The position numbers were made by a program, and so were the translations under genes. From Podarcis erhardii (taxonomy: Eukaryota), in NCBI GenBank assembly GCA_964252035.1, contig OZ176207.1: DNA of 64,000 nt; one strand, 5' to 3'. Position 1 is the first letter of the stretch. Every line of letters starts with the position of its first letter. Positions 1 to 11,769 of the stretch are shown in pieces. The notes below the pieces were generated by a model that was given only the letters and a program-made list of their open reading frames with translations, was not told the DNA's origin and did no database searches.

Positions 1-677
1 AGCAATATGCTGTGTTTAAAGGTTTACAATCAAATTCTTGTTAGTGTTAGCACTGAGCCCTTAAGGGGAGAAAACAAACACCAAATCTCTACTTTTCCCT
101 CTTTTACACACATCAAAACTATTCACACTTAAGGAGGTGCCCAGCTGCATACAAATTAAGTCTTTTAAAGGATAAAAACTTTTAATAGCTAATACTGGAG
201 GTGTCTCTTGCTTCTTGGTACAAATCTGCCTTTATAGGGTATGAGAATTTCAGCTATCAGTTCCTAAGAGGGGGAAAGCTTGTTACATTAACTCCTCAGG
301 AGAAAACAAATGCCGGTCTCTGGAAATCACATCCCTTCTACACTGAAAATGCTCAGCCAATTCAAGTTTCACATATTCAGGAAGACAGAAGATTTAAGGC
401 TCTGGTGGCAAATTCAATCCTCTGAGCAAAGTTGTTCTAAAGTCAAGATTCAACAGGTAATGTTTATTTTTATTTTTCCTTGACTCTTAAAATCCTTGGT
501 TTCAGGTTTAGATAACATCCAACTGAAGTTAAAAGTCTGGCAAGAAATTCCTTCCTCCATGGGAAAAAAAGAGGTTTCAGTCATCCATTTTAGGAGCACT
601 TGAGGATTGCCCTGCGATTTTGTAATGTTTTTGGTTTGTTTTTTAATTAAAATTATAGCAACATTCAGGGGCTACTT
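1..677 (-). other. PPP4R1 3' UTR (probably continues past window start)
   Basis: Directly downstream of the stop codon. Candidate poly(A) signals: AATAAA x2 at 463-474 and ATTAAA at 181-186. Confidence 0.6.
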
Positions 678-841
678 TTAGTAAGTTGAAGAGGCTGTGC
701 TCATGGCATCATCTGCAATTTTGGTACTGGCAGGGTGGATGCTTGCAAAGTATTTTACGTCATTATCATTATCCATTTGGAGGGCCACAATTGTCTGCTC
801 CACTGCTTCTTGGTGAGCACTGACACATGTTAAAAAATATT
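678..841 (-). CDS. PPP4R1: PP4 regulatory subunit 1, coding exon 20 (last; ..EYFLTCVSAHQEAVEQTIVALQMDNDNDVKYFASIHPASTKIADDAMSTASSTY*)
   Basis: Matches the known PP4R1 C-terminus (MSTASSTY). AG acceptor at 842-843, TAA at 678-680, phase joins exon 19. Confidence 0.97.
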
Positions 842-1209
842 CTGTATGGAGAAAAAGCAAGAGAATCTTTTTTTATAAAGGAAAAGGTAGCATCATAAAA
901 GATATGCTTCTTATAAAACCCCAAATTAGGATGCAAAGTCAATGCTATTTTTTTTTGCTGCCAGTACAGAACATTTATACAAAATGCATACAAAGACTAA
1001 CATTTTAAATCATTTATATATATTATAATTTGGCATAAACAAACAAACAACAGACCATGCTTATCATGACTAGGTTGCAGAAAGTATACAGCACAGGCTC
1101 CCACATTCTTCTGGCTCAATTTTAAGGTGTTAGTTATAATCAACATTCACTGAGAAATCATCTGTGCTGCATAAGGTTGAGCAGGGAAAAGTCACTGATC
1201 CTTAAAGCA

Positions 1210-1530
1210 CTGTACTGGATGCCTGTGACCTACTGTGTACAGCTTAGGACCCAAGTACTTAAAGGAATGCCTGTCCCTTACCTACTGACCTTTGTTTTGA
1301 GATCAGGAGGGGAGACCCTGCTCTTGATCCCACCAATGGGCATGGTCCTTGATAATGTGGCACAACACAGGGCAATGCCCCAATGGTGGAATTCTTTCCC
1401 TGGGGAATGGCAGTTGTCCCCTGTGCTGCTAACGGCATACTTCTTCACCCAAGCTTCAATACCCTGGACCTAGCAGTGTTACCAATGTGTTTGTTGTCTC
1501 GTGCTGTTGTTTTGGTTTTGTAGTTTTTAT
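1210..1530 (+). mobile_element. Degenerate L2 LINE 3' end
   Basis: Translation RSGGETLLLIPP…WWNSFPGEW..SPVL resembles the L2 ORF2 C-terminus (RS.GE.LL.VPP…LWNSLP.E.R..PSL), followed by a T-rich tail. Confidence 0.5.
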
Positions 1531-2236
1531 ACGTTTTAACTATGGTGCATAAATGGCTGCAAAGGTGTAGAATGCAAGCAGAATAAATAATACTACCAGC
1601 ACCTCTTTACGTTTTTCAGCCATGTCTCAAGTGAAAACTCCTGCCAATTGGATATGATTCCTCTATGGGTAGCTGACCTGGCCTGTCCCAGCAACTTTTC
1701 CGGTCCTCTAGGATTGCATCAGTTTTGGTGTCAGTGGCAAAAAGGAAGGGGAGAATAGAGACTGTGCTGAAGTGAACAAAGCCCAGCACCCTGATAGGAA
1801 TGCAAATCATGCAGAGAGGCAGCCATAACCCCCGTTCTCAGCTAATGTAGACCCTGAAGTACTGGCCAAGGCTGAATGCAACTCTTAGGCCAAAAAAATT
1901 AGCCACTCCTGCTCTAGAAGATGCACAGAATCTTAAAGAGTTTTTCCATGTGAGGAGGAACCTTTCTTGGGGGCTTCCTGTGTTAGAATTTCCATTTCTG
2001 CTTCCAGTCTGGTACCTAGGAAATTCCCACAACCTCCTAGATGTTAACTTTTTTTCATCCCTTGTTACAAGTATTTCAAACATCAGGAACCAGTCCAGAA
2101 CAAAAGATGTGCTTGAGGAAAAAACAATGGCATGAGAGTACATTTACTAGCTAATAGTACACTGTAAGGATGCACACAGGAAATGTGTGATTTCTACAGA
2201 GCAGGAAATGCAGCAAGAGTACTTGAGTCCACAAAC

Positions 2237-2378
2237 CTTTCTCTAGAAGCGTTTGCCTTAATGTTTTTGCAAGTAGGACTCGAACGTTTGGAACTCTATC
2301 TGAGGCCAAGAGCAGTAAATGGGGCAATAGATGCTCAGCAAACTGATCCATTGGTAGGCAGTCATCTTCTATGATAGT
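2237..2378 (-). CDS. PPP4R1: PPP4R1 exon 19 (TIIEDDCLPMDQFAEHLLPHLLLLASDRVPNVRVLLAKTLRQTLLEK)
   Basis: 142 nt, ttttcag acceptor and AAG/gtttgt donor; HEAT-repeat sequence recognisable as PP4R1. Confidence 0.96.
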
Positions 2379-2841
2379 CTGAAAAGAAGATAAAGTAACT
2401 GTTTTAGACTTCCCCAAAAAGCATGAACAAAGCCTCTAAAATAGCAATAAAATATATTCTATAGGGTCATTTTGAAGCTCTCTTCTTTTTGCTTTCTTGG
2501 ATTTGGGGCTGCTCCCCACCCATCCCCCTTCTCCACTGATACACACAGCTAGCCATCCACATGGAAAGCTTCAAGGAGACATATTTTTGGATAACACACA
2601 TTAAATTAGGACAAGAGAATGATAACCATCATTAGGCTCAACCTCCAAAAGCTCTTTATCTTTTTGTAAGGAGCAGAGTTCACAAATACTATCCAGTTAG
2701 CTACTCTTACTAACTTCCTATTGTACCCATGATCAAACTCTGGAATCCAGAAATAATTCAGTGTTGAAAATGGAAAAACTTGTAACTTTGTAGCAGTGGC
2801 TTACATGTCAAGAAAATAAGAAAAAATCATGAATCTCTTAC

Positions 2842-2976
2842 CTGGCAAATAAAGGCGAACGTTTGCCTGCCAGACCACTTTTGGCACCTGCAGAACGTTT
2901 CAACCAGTTCATTCATGAGATCGACCACAAATGTTGGCGGTGGAGCACTATACAGCTTCTTTACCATTTCACTAAC
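2842..2976 (-). CDS. PPP4R1: PPP4R1 exon 18 (VSEMVKKLYSAPPPTFVVDLMNELVETFCRCQKWSGRQTFAFICQ)
   Basis: 135 nt, tttctag acceptor and CAG/gtaaga donor, phase 0/0. Confidence 0.96.
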
Positions 2977-3070
2977 CTAGAAAATACGCAAAGAACCCAA
3001 TACATGGATTACCTGCTAAAATGGTTACTAAGTCAAATTCCATTTTTAACGTTTACATTATAGTTCATAC

Positions 3071-3191
3071 CAGTTTGAAGGAAATCCAACGAACAGAGGA
3101 AACCTTGTCTGCACAAAGACTGAGAGCAATAGGTCGTAGGTAATCGTATATGTCTCTGGCACTATACAGATCTAGAAGCAAGATCAGCTGC
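3071..3191 (-). CDS. PPP4R1: PPP4R1 exon 17 (QLILLLDLYSARDIYDYLRPIALSLCADKVSSVRWISFKL)
   Basis: 121 nt, ttttgtag acceptor and CTG/gtatga donor; 94-nt intron to exon 18. Confidence 0.96.
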
Positions 3192-3278
3192 CTACAAAAA
3201 TAAAATAAACAAAGGACTTAAAATTGCTAACCAATCATGAAAATGAAGCTATGTGCTGCAAGCAAAGGTGAATATTCC

Positions 3279-3338
3279 AAGAAGAAGAAGAAGAAGAAGA
3301 AGAAGAAGAAGAAGAAGAAGAAGAAGAAGAAGAAGAAG
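3279..3338. repeat. (AAG)20 microsatellite
   Basis: 60 bp perfect trinucleotide repeat; it is the SINE tail and produces the poly-Leu in ORF 3249-3488. Confidence 0.95.
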
Positions 3339-3565
3339 ACGACCCCGCTTTATCACTACCCTAAGGAGTCTGAAAGCGGCTAATCTCCCTTCCCCTCCTC
3401 CCCTACAACACCACACTCTGTGAGGGGAGTGAGGCTGAGACACTTCAGAGAGAAGTCTGACTAGCCCAAGGTCACCCAGTAGCTGCACGTGGAGGAGTGA
3501 GGAATCGAACCCAGTTCACCAGATTACGAGTCCACTGCTCTTAACCACTACACCACACTGGCTCT
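3279..3565 (-). mobile_element. tRNA/CORE-type SINE (Squam3/Ther1-like) with (CTT)n tail
   Basis: Minus strand starts agagccagtgtggtgtagtggttaagagc (A box), has GGTTCGATTCC (B box) and CORE-like gtgaccttgggc; highly similar copy at 43628-43864. Confidence 0.8.
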
Positions 3566-4106
3566 ACACACCACACTGGCATAGAAAAGCAGAGATGTGG
3601 GTTCCAGCCTGATTGAGTAGTCTCTCTGAAGAAAAACTACAGTGCAGGAGGAACTCTTACCACCTGCTCTAATGGCCACCAATTGCTGCTGGAGTGTTCA
3701 TTCATTATAAGGCACCTCAGCAGCCTCTTTCTGGAGCTGAAATGGAGCATGCCCTTGTGCTGCTGATGGGGTGGAGAGGTTTGGTTCTGCTCTTTCTCAG
3801 ATCTAAAAGATCCACACACTACAATTCCAAGCATGCTTACTCAGCAATAAATTCCAATGAGTTGAATTTTCTTGGGACTAAGTCCCACTGAACACAAAAA
3901 AAATACTTTTTACTTAACTATACATAGACCCTAAGTTTCAGCCTCTCATCTGGCAAGTGTAATAAAAAACAAGCAGCTAGTGTGTCTTTCCACTAGTGGG
4001 TCTTCTCAGAACCTAAACTGTGCCCAAACAGAAGTGGTATTATAATTCTATATTAATAATAATCAGGTCTAGCATTTAGACAGCATAGTTTACTACTAAA
4101 ACTTAC

Positions 4107-4207
4107 TCAGCAAGTTCTGCTCGGAAACGCCAGTTCCTGCTGTTATCGGTGACTAAGAATTCCTGAAGCTGGTACAGATATTCCCGCCTTTTATCAGGGT
4201 GAAGAAG
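4107..4207 (-). CDS. PPP4R1: PPP4R1 exon 16 (LLHPDKRREYLYQLQEFLVTDNSRNWRFRAELA)
   Basis: 101 nt, ttttccag acceptor and GA/gtaagt donor. Confidence 0.96.
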
Positions 4208-4528
4208 CTGGAAAAATAAAGATGAATGTTTTCAGAACCATACAGATTATAGTTGATTGTAGTTTATCAAATTATAGTTGAATATAGTCTAACAAAAAAT
4301 GAGGCTATTCCAGAATTTCTATGAATTATCCTGGAACAAGACAGTAATGCAATATACAATGTGAATGATGGCAGAAATTAAACACATCTTCGGTTTCATC
4401 ACATGATATCCATCAAGTTTTACTAAATACTAAAAGTTTATAAATTTAATTATCTGTCACCACATAAGTATGCATACAGGGAGGAGGAAAAGGGATGATT
4501 ATTTTGTATGCATAAAAGGAGTATGTAC

Positions 4529-4690
4529 CTTCAGAAAATCATGCAGATGCTTAAGCACACCAATTCTGACTTCATCAAGGTCCTTTAAGAAGCCATTGAA
4601 GACTGGAACCAGATCACCAGCTGTAAGCTGGTCTCCAAGAATGACTGCAAGTTCATGTATAGAAAATGCCAACGTTCTTCGAACTTTCCA
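4529..4690 (-). CDS. PPP4R1: PPP4R1 exon 15 (WKVRRTLAFSIHELAVILGDQLTAGDLVPVFNGFLKDLDEVRIGVLKHLHDFLK)
   Basis: 162 nt, cctcttag acceptor and AAG/gtacat donor. Confidence 0.96.
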
Positions 4691-6536
4691 CTAAGAGGAA
4701 ACAATGCACAAGGCCAACTTGTTAGCAAATCATACAACTTATTCAATGTTAGGGTTAGATTTGTTGCACAGCCAAGAGTACAGCTTGATTTGAAGGCTGG
4801 AACAAGACAAAAAGGAGACGTGGTTGCTTCCATGCATCTCTTCTTTCCTCTGGTGAAGTCTAGTAACATAAAACCCATGTTGGACATCATGGTGCACTGG
4901 CAAGTCTACCCTCGCCTAACAAAATTTTCAATGCAATTAAATCACATTATGCATTTTTATTTATTGGATATTACTGGAAACAGAGGAGATGTGGGGCTGT
5001 TTTCAGCAAAAAGCCAAGCATCTCTTATATCTGGTTCTGCTACCATGTTACAATTAATCAGTTAACTTACAATCAGTTAACATATTAATGCAGTTACTAT
5101 TTACTGATGAGAAAGGGGCTGGAGACGAACTTTTTATTTGAGTGATAATATATAGAGATTTATATACCACTTAATCAAAAAAACCACAGCTCTAAGCAGT
5201 TTATACAAAATAGAAATTATTTGGATCAGCTTTCCTAAACAAAAAATATGTTAAGCATGTTCTCATTCCATTCAATCCCTTATTATAACTTTTGGGGGAG
5301 GGGTAACAGGAGAAAACAAAAGATGTCCTAACTTCCTCTACCAGTTCCCCAGAAGACCTTTTGTGTTCCTGCAAACCCAGCAGAGGAGGAACCTTTTCAA
5401 AATTCTAACACCACAGCCAAAGGATCAGGCATCCCTTGCATAGGTGTCTGAAGTACAATCCTAGGCTCTCTTCACCACTGTGAAACAACACACAATTGTG
5501 CTCATAATTCTATTTTACTGATTTGCCTGGAATTTTAGACATAATAAGATTACTCCCATACAGCTGGTAAACTCTGGCCTTGTATGAATGCTATCGCAAA
5601 CTCTTGGGATAAATGTTGGCACAGAGCAAAGTTCTTTTCTAATCCTTCCTTTGAATTATTTTATGAGTTTAGCAGATTCATTGCACTGAATTCAAAAAGG
5701 AAAAATGCTGGGGGGTTTCAGAAATTATATTAGAGCAAGCTGTTCCTACAGCAAATCTATTAGTTGATCAGTGTAAATGGAGAAAAGAAATCCAACAGGT
5801 TACTTATGGTTTACAGAGCAATCTTACAGCAAGATCTGTCAGAATGAGTAGGTTAGGATTCAGCAGATCTCTGGCTGAACTGGGAGGTTCCCAGTACAGC
5901 CTGGCTACACTGCTTAACTCCTTCCTCTTCACCTCAGCCAGAGATCTGCCAGATTGTATTCCCCATTCTAGCCCAGATGGAGCCCAGTTGGCTGAGCCAA
6001 GCCTAGTAGATCTTAAACCAGCATAAGCCCTGGAAAAGGGGTGTGACAGGGGCTGGATCCTAAACCTGATCATCTTGGTCATGTAATCTAGCAAGCCAGT
6101 AAACAGGATGGTGTAACTCAAATACTATTTTAAAGGCTTACTTTCCCTTTGTCAGCCTTAAGCTGACTTAGCCAGCAACAGCCTTGCTGCTGAATGGAGT
6201 TTGGATCTGGAGTAATTTTATGCTAGCTTAATTTACACTGGTTTGCTTTACACTAGCCTACTATGTATAGGATTCCTCCCCTGGAAAGAAAAATATGATA
6301 AAGACATGTGCAAATTCTCCTTCCAGGGCACAAGTAGTTACCACCCCTTCCCCTCAGATATCCCTATTCTCAGGAAAAACATCAAGAATGCTATAGTAAT
6401 GAGAAACATTTCTGCTTTCCCATTACATTAAGAACCTCAGACTCGTTCTGGAAGACTAGAGAAGCCAAAGCATACAATTTCAAATTGCACATTGTATCTA
6501 AGTACTTTCAGGTCTTATAAAGAGCTATAACATTAC

Positions 6537-6722
6537 CTGCATGTCAGAGGCCAACGTCTCATAAGTATCTTTCAGACAGTGCCAGTTCTGTCTACCTAAG
6601 GTAAGTGCCACACCTGGAAGGCTGTAGGCACAGTGCTTTGCAATCTCTGTATCAACAGTCTGAGCTCGAGAGGGATCAGTCATGGATAAATACTGGTCCA
6701 GCAAGGCCTGAGGTACAATGTC
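6537..6722 (-). CDS. PPP4R1: PPP4R1 exon 14 (DIVPQALLDQYLSMTDPSRAQTVDTEIAKHCAYSLPGVALTLGRQNWHCLKDTYETLASDMQ)
   Basis: 186 nt, gttttag acceptor and CAG/gtaatg donor. Confidence 0.96.
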
Positions 6723-7542
6723 CTAAAACACAAAGCATATGAATTTAAGCGTATGTTCTGAAAAAACTACATCGCCATAAAAAATAATTAATTAAAAATG
6801 TTAAGACTGCAGGGAAAGAGAATGAAAAAGAAAATTCAAGTACTATTTCTTAGGTTACATTATTCTTCTAATAACCAACTTGTTACAAGTATAAATGGGA
6901 ACTTTTTAAGGAGAGCAGGAGCGAAGTTGCTCACCTTTCAACAGAGCTGATGGAGGGGCCCTGCAGTCCCATCTCCCTCCCTCTCCTGCAGTCCAATAGG
7001 ACGCCTGCTGATGACAGTTGAGGAAGAAGCCACAAAATGAGGATGGGAGTCATGTGCAGCCCCCATGGGTCAAGGCTGCCACATGTGCCCTAGTACATGT
7101 ACAGAGTACAAGGGAAACGGTGACTCAGGGCAGCGGGATTAGCTACCACCTTGCTGACTATATGGGCTATGAAGTTTCCGTTTTGCTTACAGGTGCCTGA
7201 AGCCATTAAGGCAAAAGGGAAACAGAAAAGCTTGTACATAGTACAAGCCATCTCTCTCACACACTCACTGGACCGGTGTGCAGTTACTGTAATAGAAATT
7301 CTTGCCGACTGCATGTACAGGTCAGATTTGCAACTGATGATGCTCTCAAGGGGACAACAGTAGTCTGAGTGAGGAGGCTCAGGTTTCAATTTTAAATTTC
7401 GAAGTTCAGAATTCTTTAAAAAAGAGAGAGAAACTTACAGTGCACAATTTAAGCAAAGTAAAAATTATACTTACAGGTGTCGGATCATATATTACATGTA
7501 AAATTACTTTTAAGTTGTACAAGGAGAAAACTTTTAAAATAC

Positions 7543-7641
7543 CTGAATTTTAGATTTTTTTTCTTCTTCAGGGCTGAAACTACTATTAGTGCTAAAGTCG
7601 GAATCATTATGAATATAACGCAGAGCAGATTCTACAATGTC
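7543..7641 (-). CDS. PPP4R1: PPP4R1 exon 13 (DIVESALRYIHNDSDFSTNSSFSPEEEKKSKIQ)
   Basis: 99 nt, ccaccacag acceptor and CAG/gtattt donor; similar to the mammalian YIHSDSDLSNNSSFSPDEE segment. Confidence 0.93.
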
Positions 7642-7813
7642 CTGTGGTGGAAAGTTAAAAACAACAACTTACAATGTAGGCATACTCTGCAGCACTATCC
7701 AATGCATATTTACTCAAAAGTAAATCCAAAGCATATGAAAATGAAGTTACTTGTTTTCTGACATTAACTGGCAGGTGCTCAAGTGATAAAATTCATAGCA
7801 GCCAAATATTTAC

Positions 7814-7989
7814 CTCAGCAGTATCATTGATTAAAGGCACTGGGTCATCCTGAATGGATGTAAAGCTCAGGTGATCTTTGATGCTCAGCTCATTCTGAGA
7901 ATCCACTGACTTGCCAATGCCTGCTGTTGTTTCCTCCTGAGGGTCCAGGCTTGAGGCTCGAAGGGCAGCAGAGAGCACCTCCACTTGTG
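7814..7989 (-). CDS. PPP4R1: PPP4R1 exon 12 (AQVEVLSAALRASSLDPQEET...DPVPLINDTAE)
   Basis: 176 nt, gtacag acceptor and GAG/gtaaat donor; QVEVLSAALRASSLD is a conserved PP4R1 stretch. Confidence 0.94.
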
Positions 7990-8393
7990 CTGTACATGTA
8001 AGGAAGGGGGCAAGCAGGTCAAAAACTTTTTCTACACCCATTACACAAACATTTCAGTGTGTAGTAGCACTTTCCCTACACCCTGCTTCATATTCCATTA
8101 ACACAGCAGTTGAGAACCTCCACTGATGGAAGCAGAGCCTTTACAGAAATGCCCTGTGGCCATGGAATGATCTTGCTGCTAAGGTGTAAAGTCTTTAAAT
8201 GGTTTCAGAAAGAATTACAACACACTTCTGGTTAAGGATGGAATAAATCTGTTAGGTAAACTTTGGGAATACGCAGACTCTGGTTTTATGCTGCATTTTT
8301 ATTGCTTTTAGTATTTTACCCTGATGATGGCATGTAATCTGCTTTGTAAGCTGTTCCGAGCTTATGAAAAAACATCCTAACAATGCTCTAAAT

Positions 8394-8648
8394 CAGGGGT
8401 CAGCAAGGTTTATCTTGCCTGCACCGGATCGGTCCCGTGGAGATCCCTCCGTGGGCCAGAGTGCATGCCCCCGTAATTTCTGGCGTCTGCGCATGCGCGA
8501 TTTCTGGAGCCGTGGAAGTGAGTCCCCGCGCTGCGCCGGTTTAGCGCAAAACGCGAGTGGGCAGCTCGGTTTGGGGGCAGCCCGTGGGCCGGTCAAACGA
8601 CCTTCACGGGCCGCTTCTGGCCCATGGGCCTTAGGCTGCTGACCCCTG
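8394..8648. mobile_element. hAT-superfamily MITE
   Basis: TIRs CAGGGGTCAGCA / GCTGACCCCTG; 8-bp TSD ctctaaat / ttctaaat; CpGs largely intact. Confidence 0.85.
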
Positions 8649-11294
8649 TTCTAAATGAAAGCTGTACGACAGTGCGAGATGCAGTTCCATTAGGGTTTCC
8701 AAGCATGCATACTCAAAGATAAGAGTAAATAGGTGAACAGGCAGTACACATTTGGAGGCTACCAAGGAAGCCCTTTACTTCTTTCTGCAACCATGTGGAC
8801 TCTCGCAGCATTATTTGGCCCCTAAAAAAATCAGGGAGTACTATCTGGCTTCTTACATTGCTAGATATTTCTCTTCCTTCCTAACACTCCCCACATCTTG
8901 GTAACCTTCTCTTTTTTCCTGCACTTTGGAAACAATTCAAGGCATTATTCCTTGTTTTAAGTTCATAATTTCAGAAATCCATCATCTTATGGAGCCACCT
9001 AATGCCTTTAAATATGAAAGGTTATTTCTTCAAAATGTGCTGAGAACTGATGTTTCTCAGTTCTATTTAATTTAGTTATAACATAAATGTAAGTAAAACT
9101 GAGAAGCTACAATTCTCTTACATGGTGGCCCTAATTCTTTGGTGTGGATCTGAAAACAAACTTTCGGCCGTCATAAATAGTTTTGAAAATGTGAAACAAA
9201 AGTAACTAAAAAAAGAAACTAAGAATTTATTTGACTTTTAATTTTCATGATTATGCCTTTGGCTGGTATTCAACTAAATTTTACTCAGAGCAGAGCCAAT
9301 GAAATTAATGAACCTGACTAAGTTAGGTCCTTTAAATAGGCTCACTCTGACCCCTTGCATCAGCATTTTTCATTTGCTTTCTAAAATCTTGCATATTTTG
9401 ATAGTAACAATGTAGGGGTATATATATTATTGTCTACTCACAGCTGATTCAAAGACCTGCATGTTCATGATATGCAAATTCTGCTAATTTATACATCCAG
9501 AGTATTTAAAGTAGTTATGGAGCTTTACCTCATTACATATTTTCTTCTGTTCTTGTAACTGCACAAATTGACCACCATAGACTATAGGCATCAGTAGTGG
9601 CCAACAGACAAAGTTAACTGTATGGTTCTCCTCCTGCTACACAGTCAGCTGTATTAGTGGTTGTTATATTCAGCAAAGAGCTGAAAGAAGCAATTCATCC
9701 TGGGGAAGCCATTGTTTCTGGCCATTTGCCATTTGAGACAGGGGTCACTGTGTTAGTTATGTTCTGCCTAGGTTTTTAGGCTTTTCAAAAGACTCCGGGG
9801 GGGGGAGCAGAATCTTCTTTTGAAGAAACCAAACAAAGCTTCAGTGTTAAATATGCAACTATAAGAACCGAGACACTGGGAACTAACTGGTGACTGAATT
9901 AGGATTTGCTAGGCACAACTAAGCAAGGTTTGGTGACATGAAATGCATGTAGCCATATAATGAATAAAAGCATCCATATAATAGTAATGATAACATACTC
10001 TGAATGCTTAACTATTTCTCTATTCACTACTTTATTCATTCTTGTGACATCCTTAAAGAGATGCCAATTTTATTATCTCCAATTTGAGGGGAATGGGGAA
10101 GGAAAGGAGAGATAGAGAAACTTCCCAAAGGCTGTCTAGTGTCACAGTGGGCAGAAGTTAGATCTAGATCTACTTGTACATGCTTAGCAGTAGATTGGCA
10201 TGGGCTTCTGATTCCCAATTGCGTGTGAATAAAAGCAACAAACTGATACCTCTCCCTGCCACCCTAAATTATACTGCTGAAATGTAGAAAGCTTGGGGTA
10301 ACCCAAATTAGAGTTTTGTGTGAAACATTGTGAGCTCCATTCAGGATTCCTAGGCCCCAAATTATTTTATGTGCCTGCCTCTTGCACTAGGCAGCTTTGA
10401 GTAGATCTTGGGGTTTAGAAAAAAATACAGTATATTTTGCAAGCCTTAAGTCTGTCTACCCTGGTGTAGTGAACTCACAGTTGAGGTGATATTTGATTTT
10501 AAGACAGTTTGGAAAGCAGCCTCTCAGGTATGATTCTGATTAAGGGACTAAGCTTTTGCAAAGATTTTAAAAGATGACTGGTAATATTGTGTGATGTGAA
10601 GGTGAGAGAGTTGTGAGGTAGGGTTCAATTATTCAAAGGAACTAGATACTGCAATTTCAGGACCATTTTTTTAGGTCCTGAAAGTGAAAGAATTTATTGT
10701 GAAACTTTAAAGAAATAAATGTCATTCAGGTATAGAATAATTTGGGGGCATCACCACTAATTGTTACTGGCTTTTATCCTTGTCTGACTCTGCAACTTCA
10801 TGTGAATCATACCTCGGTTAGCATCAATACCAAAACACATTGCTTTTGGCTCCTTTCCCATTCAGTTGAAACTCCCCCAACTCCTCCGGTTCAAATCAAA
10901 ATGTATCTCTCTCACACTACCTAAAACCTGGCGCCTACCAAACCATTACACGAGATATGTCATGCTGTTCTCTCTAATGCAACATGTGCATTATATGACA
11001 TTGGCTGTGACAACCCATGTGATTTTTATGAACATTTATTATGTAATCACATCCAATGTAGTACTGTGGCATTAAAAAACCAACATGTTAGCCTGTACAG
11101 GGAATAAGATTAAAGATTAAATAAGATTTGAAGCACAGGGAACACAGCAGATGACTGTAAAGGCAAAGGAAGAAAAGCAGCAGAGACAATTATGGCTTTA
11201 AAGTAATATAAATGTGTACAAGTAACTAAGAATGCGATGAAAAGCACTTTCATCTACTTATTAAAACAAGCATAAAATGAGGTAGGTAGTAGAG

Positions 11295-11585
11295 CTCAGA
11301 CCTAGTTCAAACTGACCTTAATAGATTGGAGAACTGGGTCCAAATGAACAAAATGAATTTGGGACAAATGTAAGGTTTTAGGCAGGAAGAGCCAGCTGCA
11401 TAAATAGGGGAAACCTGGCTTACCAGTAGTACCTTGTGAAAAGGATTTAGGGGTCTTAGTAGACCCTAACTTAACATGAGTAAACAGGGGGGGGGGGCGG
11501 GAAATGATGCATCAACAGAAGTCTAGTGTCCTAATCAAGGGAAGTCATAGTACCGCTCTATTTTGCCTTGGTCAGATCACATTAG
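11295..11585 (+). mobile_element. CR1 LINE ORF2 fragment, degenerate
   Basis: Frameshifted DLNRLENWVQMNKM..KCKVL…CEKDLGVLVD..LNMS…REVIVPLY.ALVR motifs of the CR1 RT C-terminal region. Confidence 0.75.
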
Positions 11586-11629
11586 GTTATCTGGGGAAAT
11601 TTCAGGGCAATGATCTGTTTAGTCAAATT

Positions 11630-11769
11630 CAGGGTTTCCTAAATGTGGGTCTCTAACTGTTTTTGGACAACAATTCCCATCATCCCTGACAACTGTTCCT
11701 ATCCTACCAGCTAGGGAAGATGGGAGTTGCAGACCAAAGCAGTTGGAGACTCAAGTTTGGGAAGCCCTG
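11630..11769. mobile_element. Short palindromic hAT-like MITE (ACTACAA-TCCCA family)
   Basis: TIRs CAGGGTTTCC / GGAAGCCCTG with internal aattcccatcatccc … gggaagatgggagttg; related degenerate copies near 15170-15305, 20420-20480 and 26715-26850. Confidence 0.6.

Noticed and set aside
3818-3836. ACTACAATTCCAAGCATGC, near-consensus ZNF143/THAP11 site
   Set aside because: Deep in intron 16 and adjacent to repeat-derived sequence; the same core is carried by abundant MITEs in this window.
4691-4796. Strong upstream alternative acceptor before exon 15
   Set aside because: Would add 106 nt with an early TAA; nothing beyond the motif itself supports its use.
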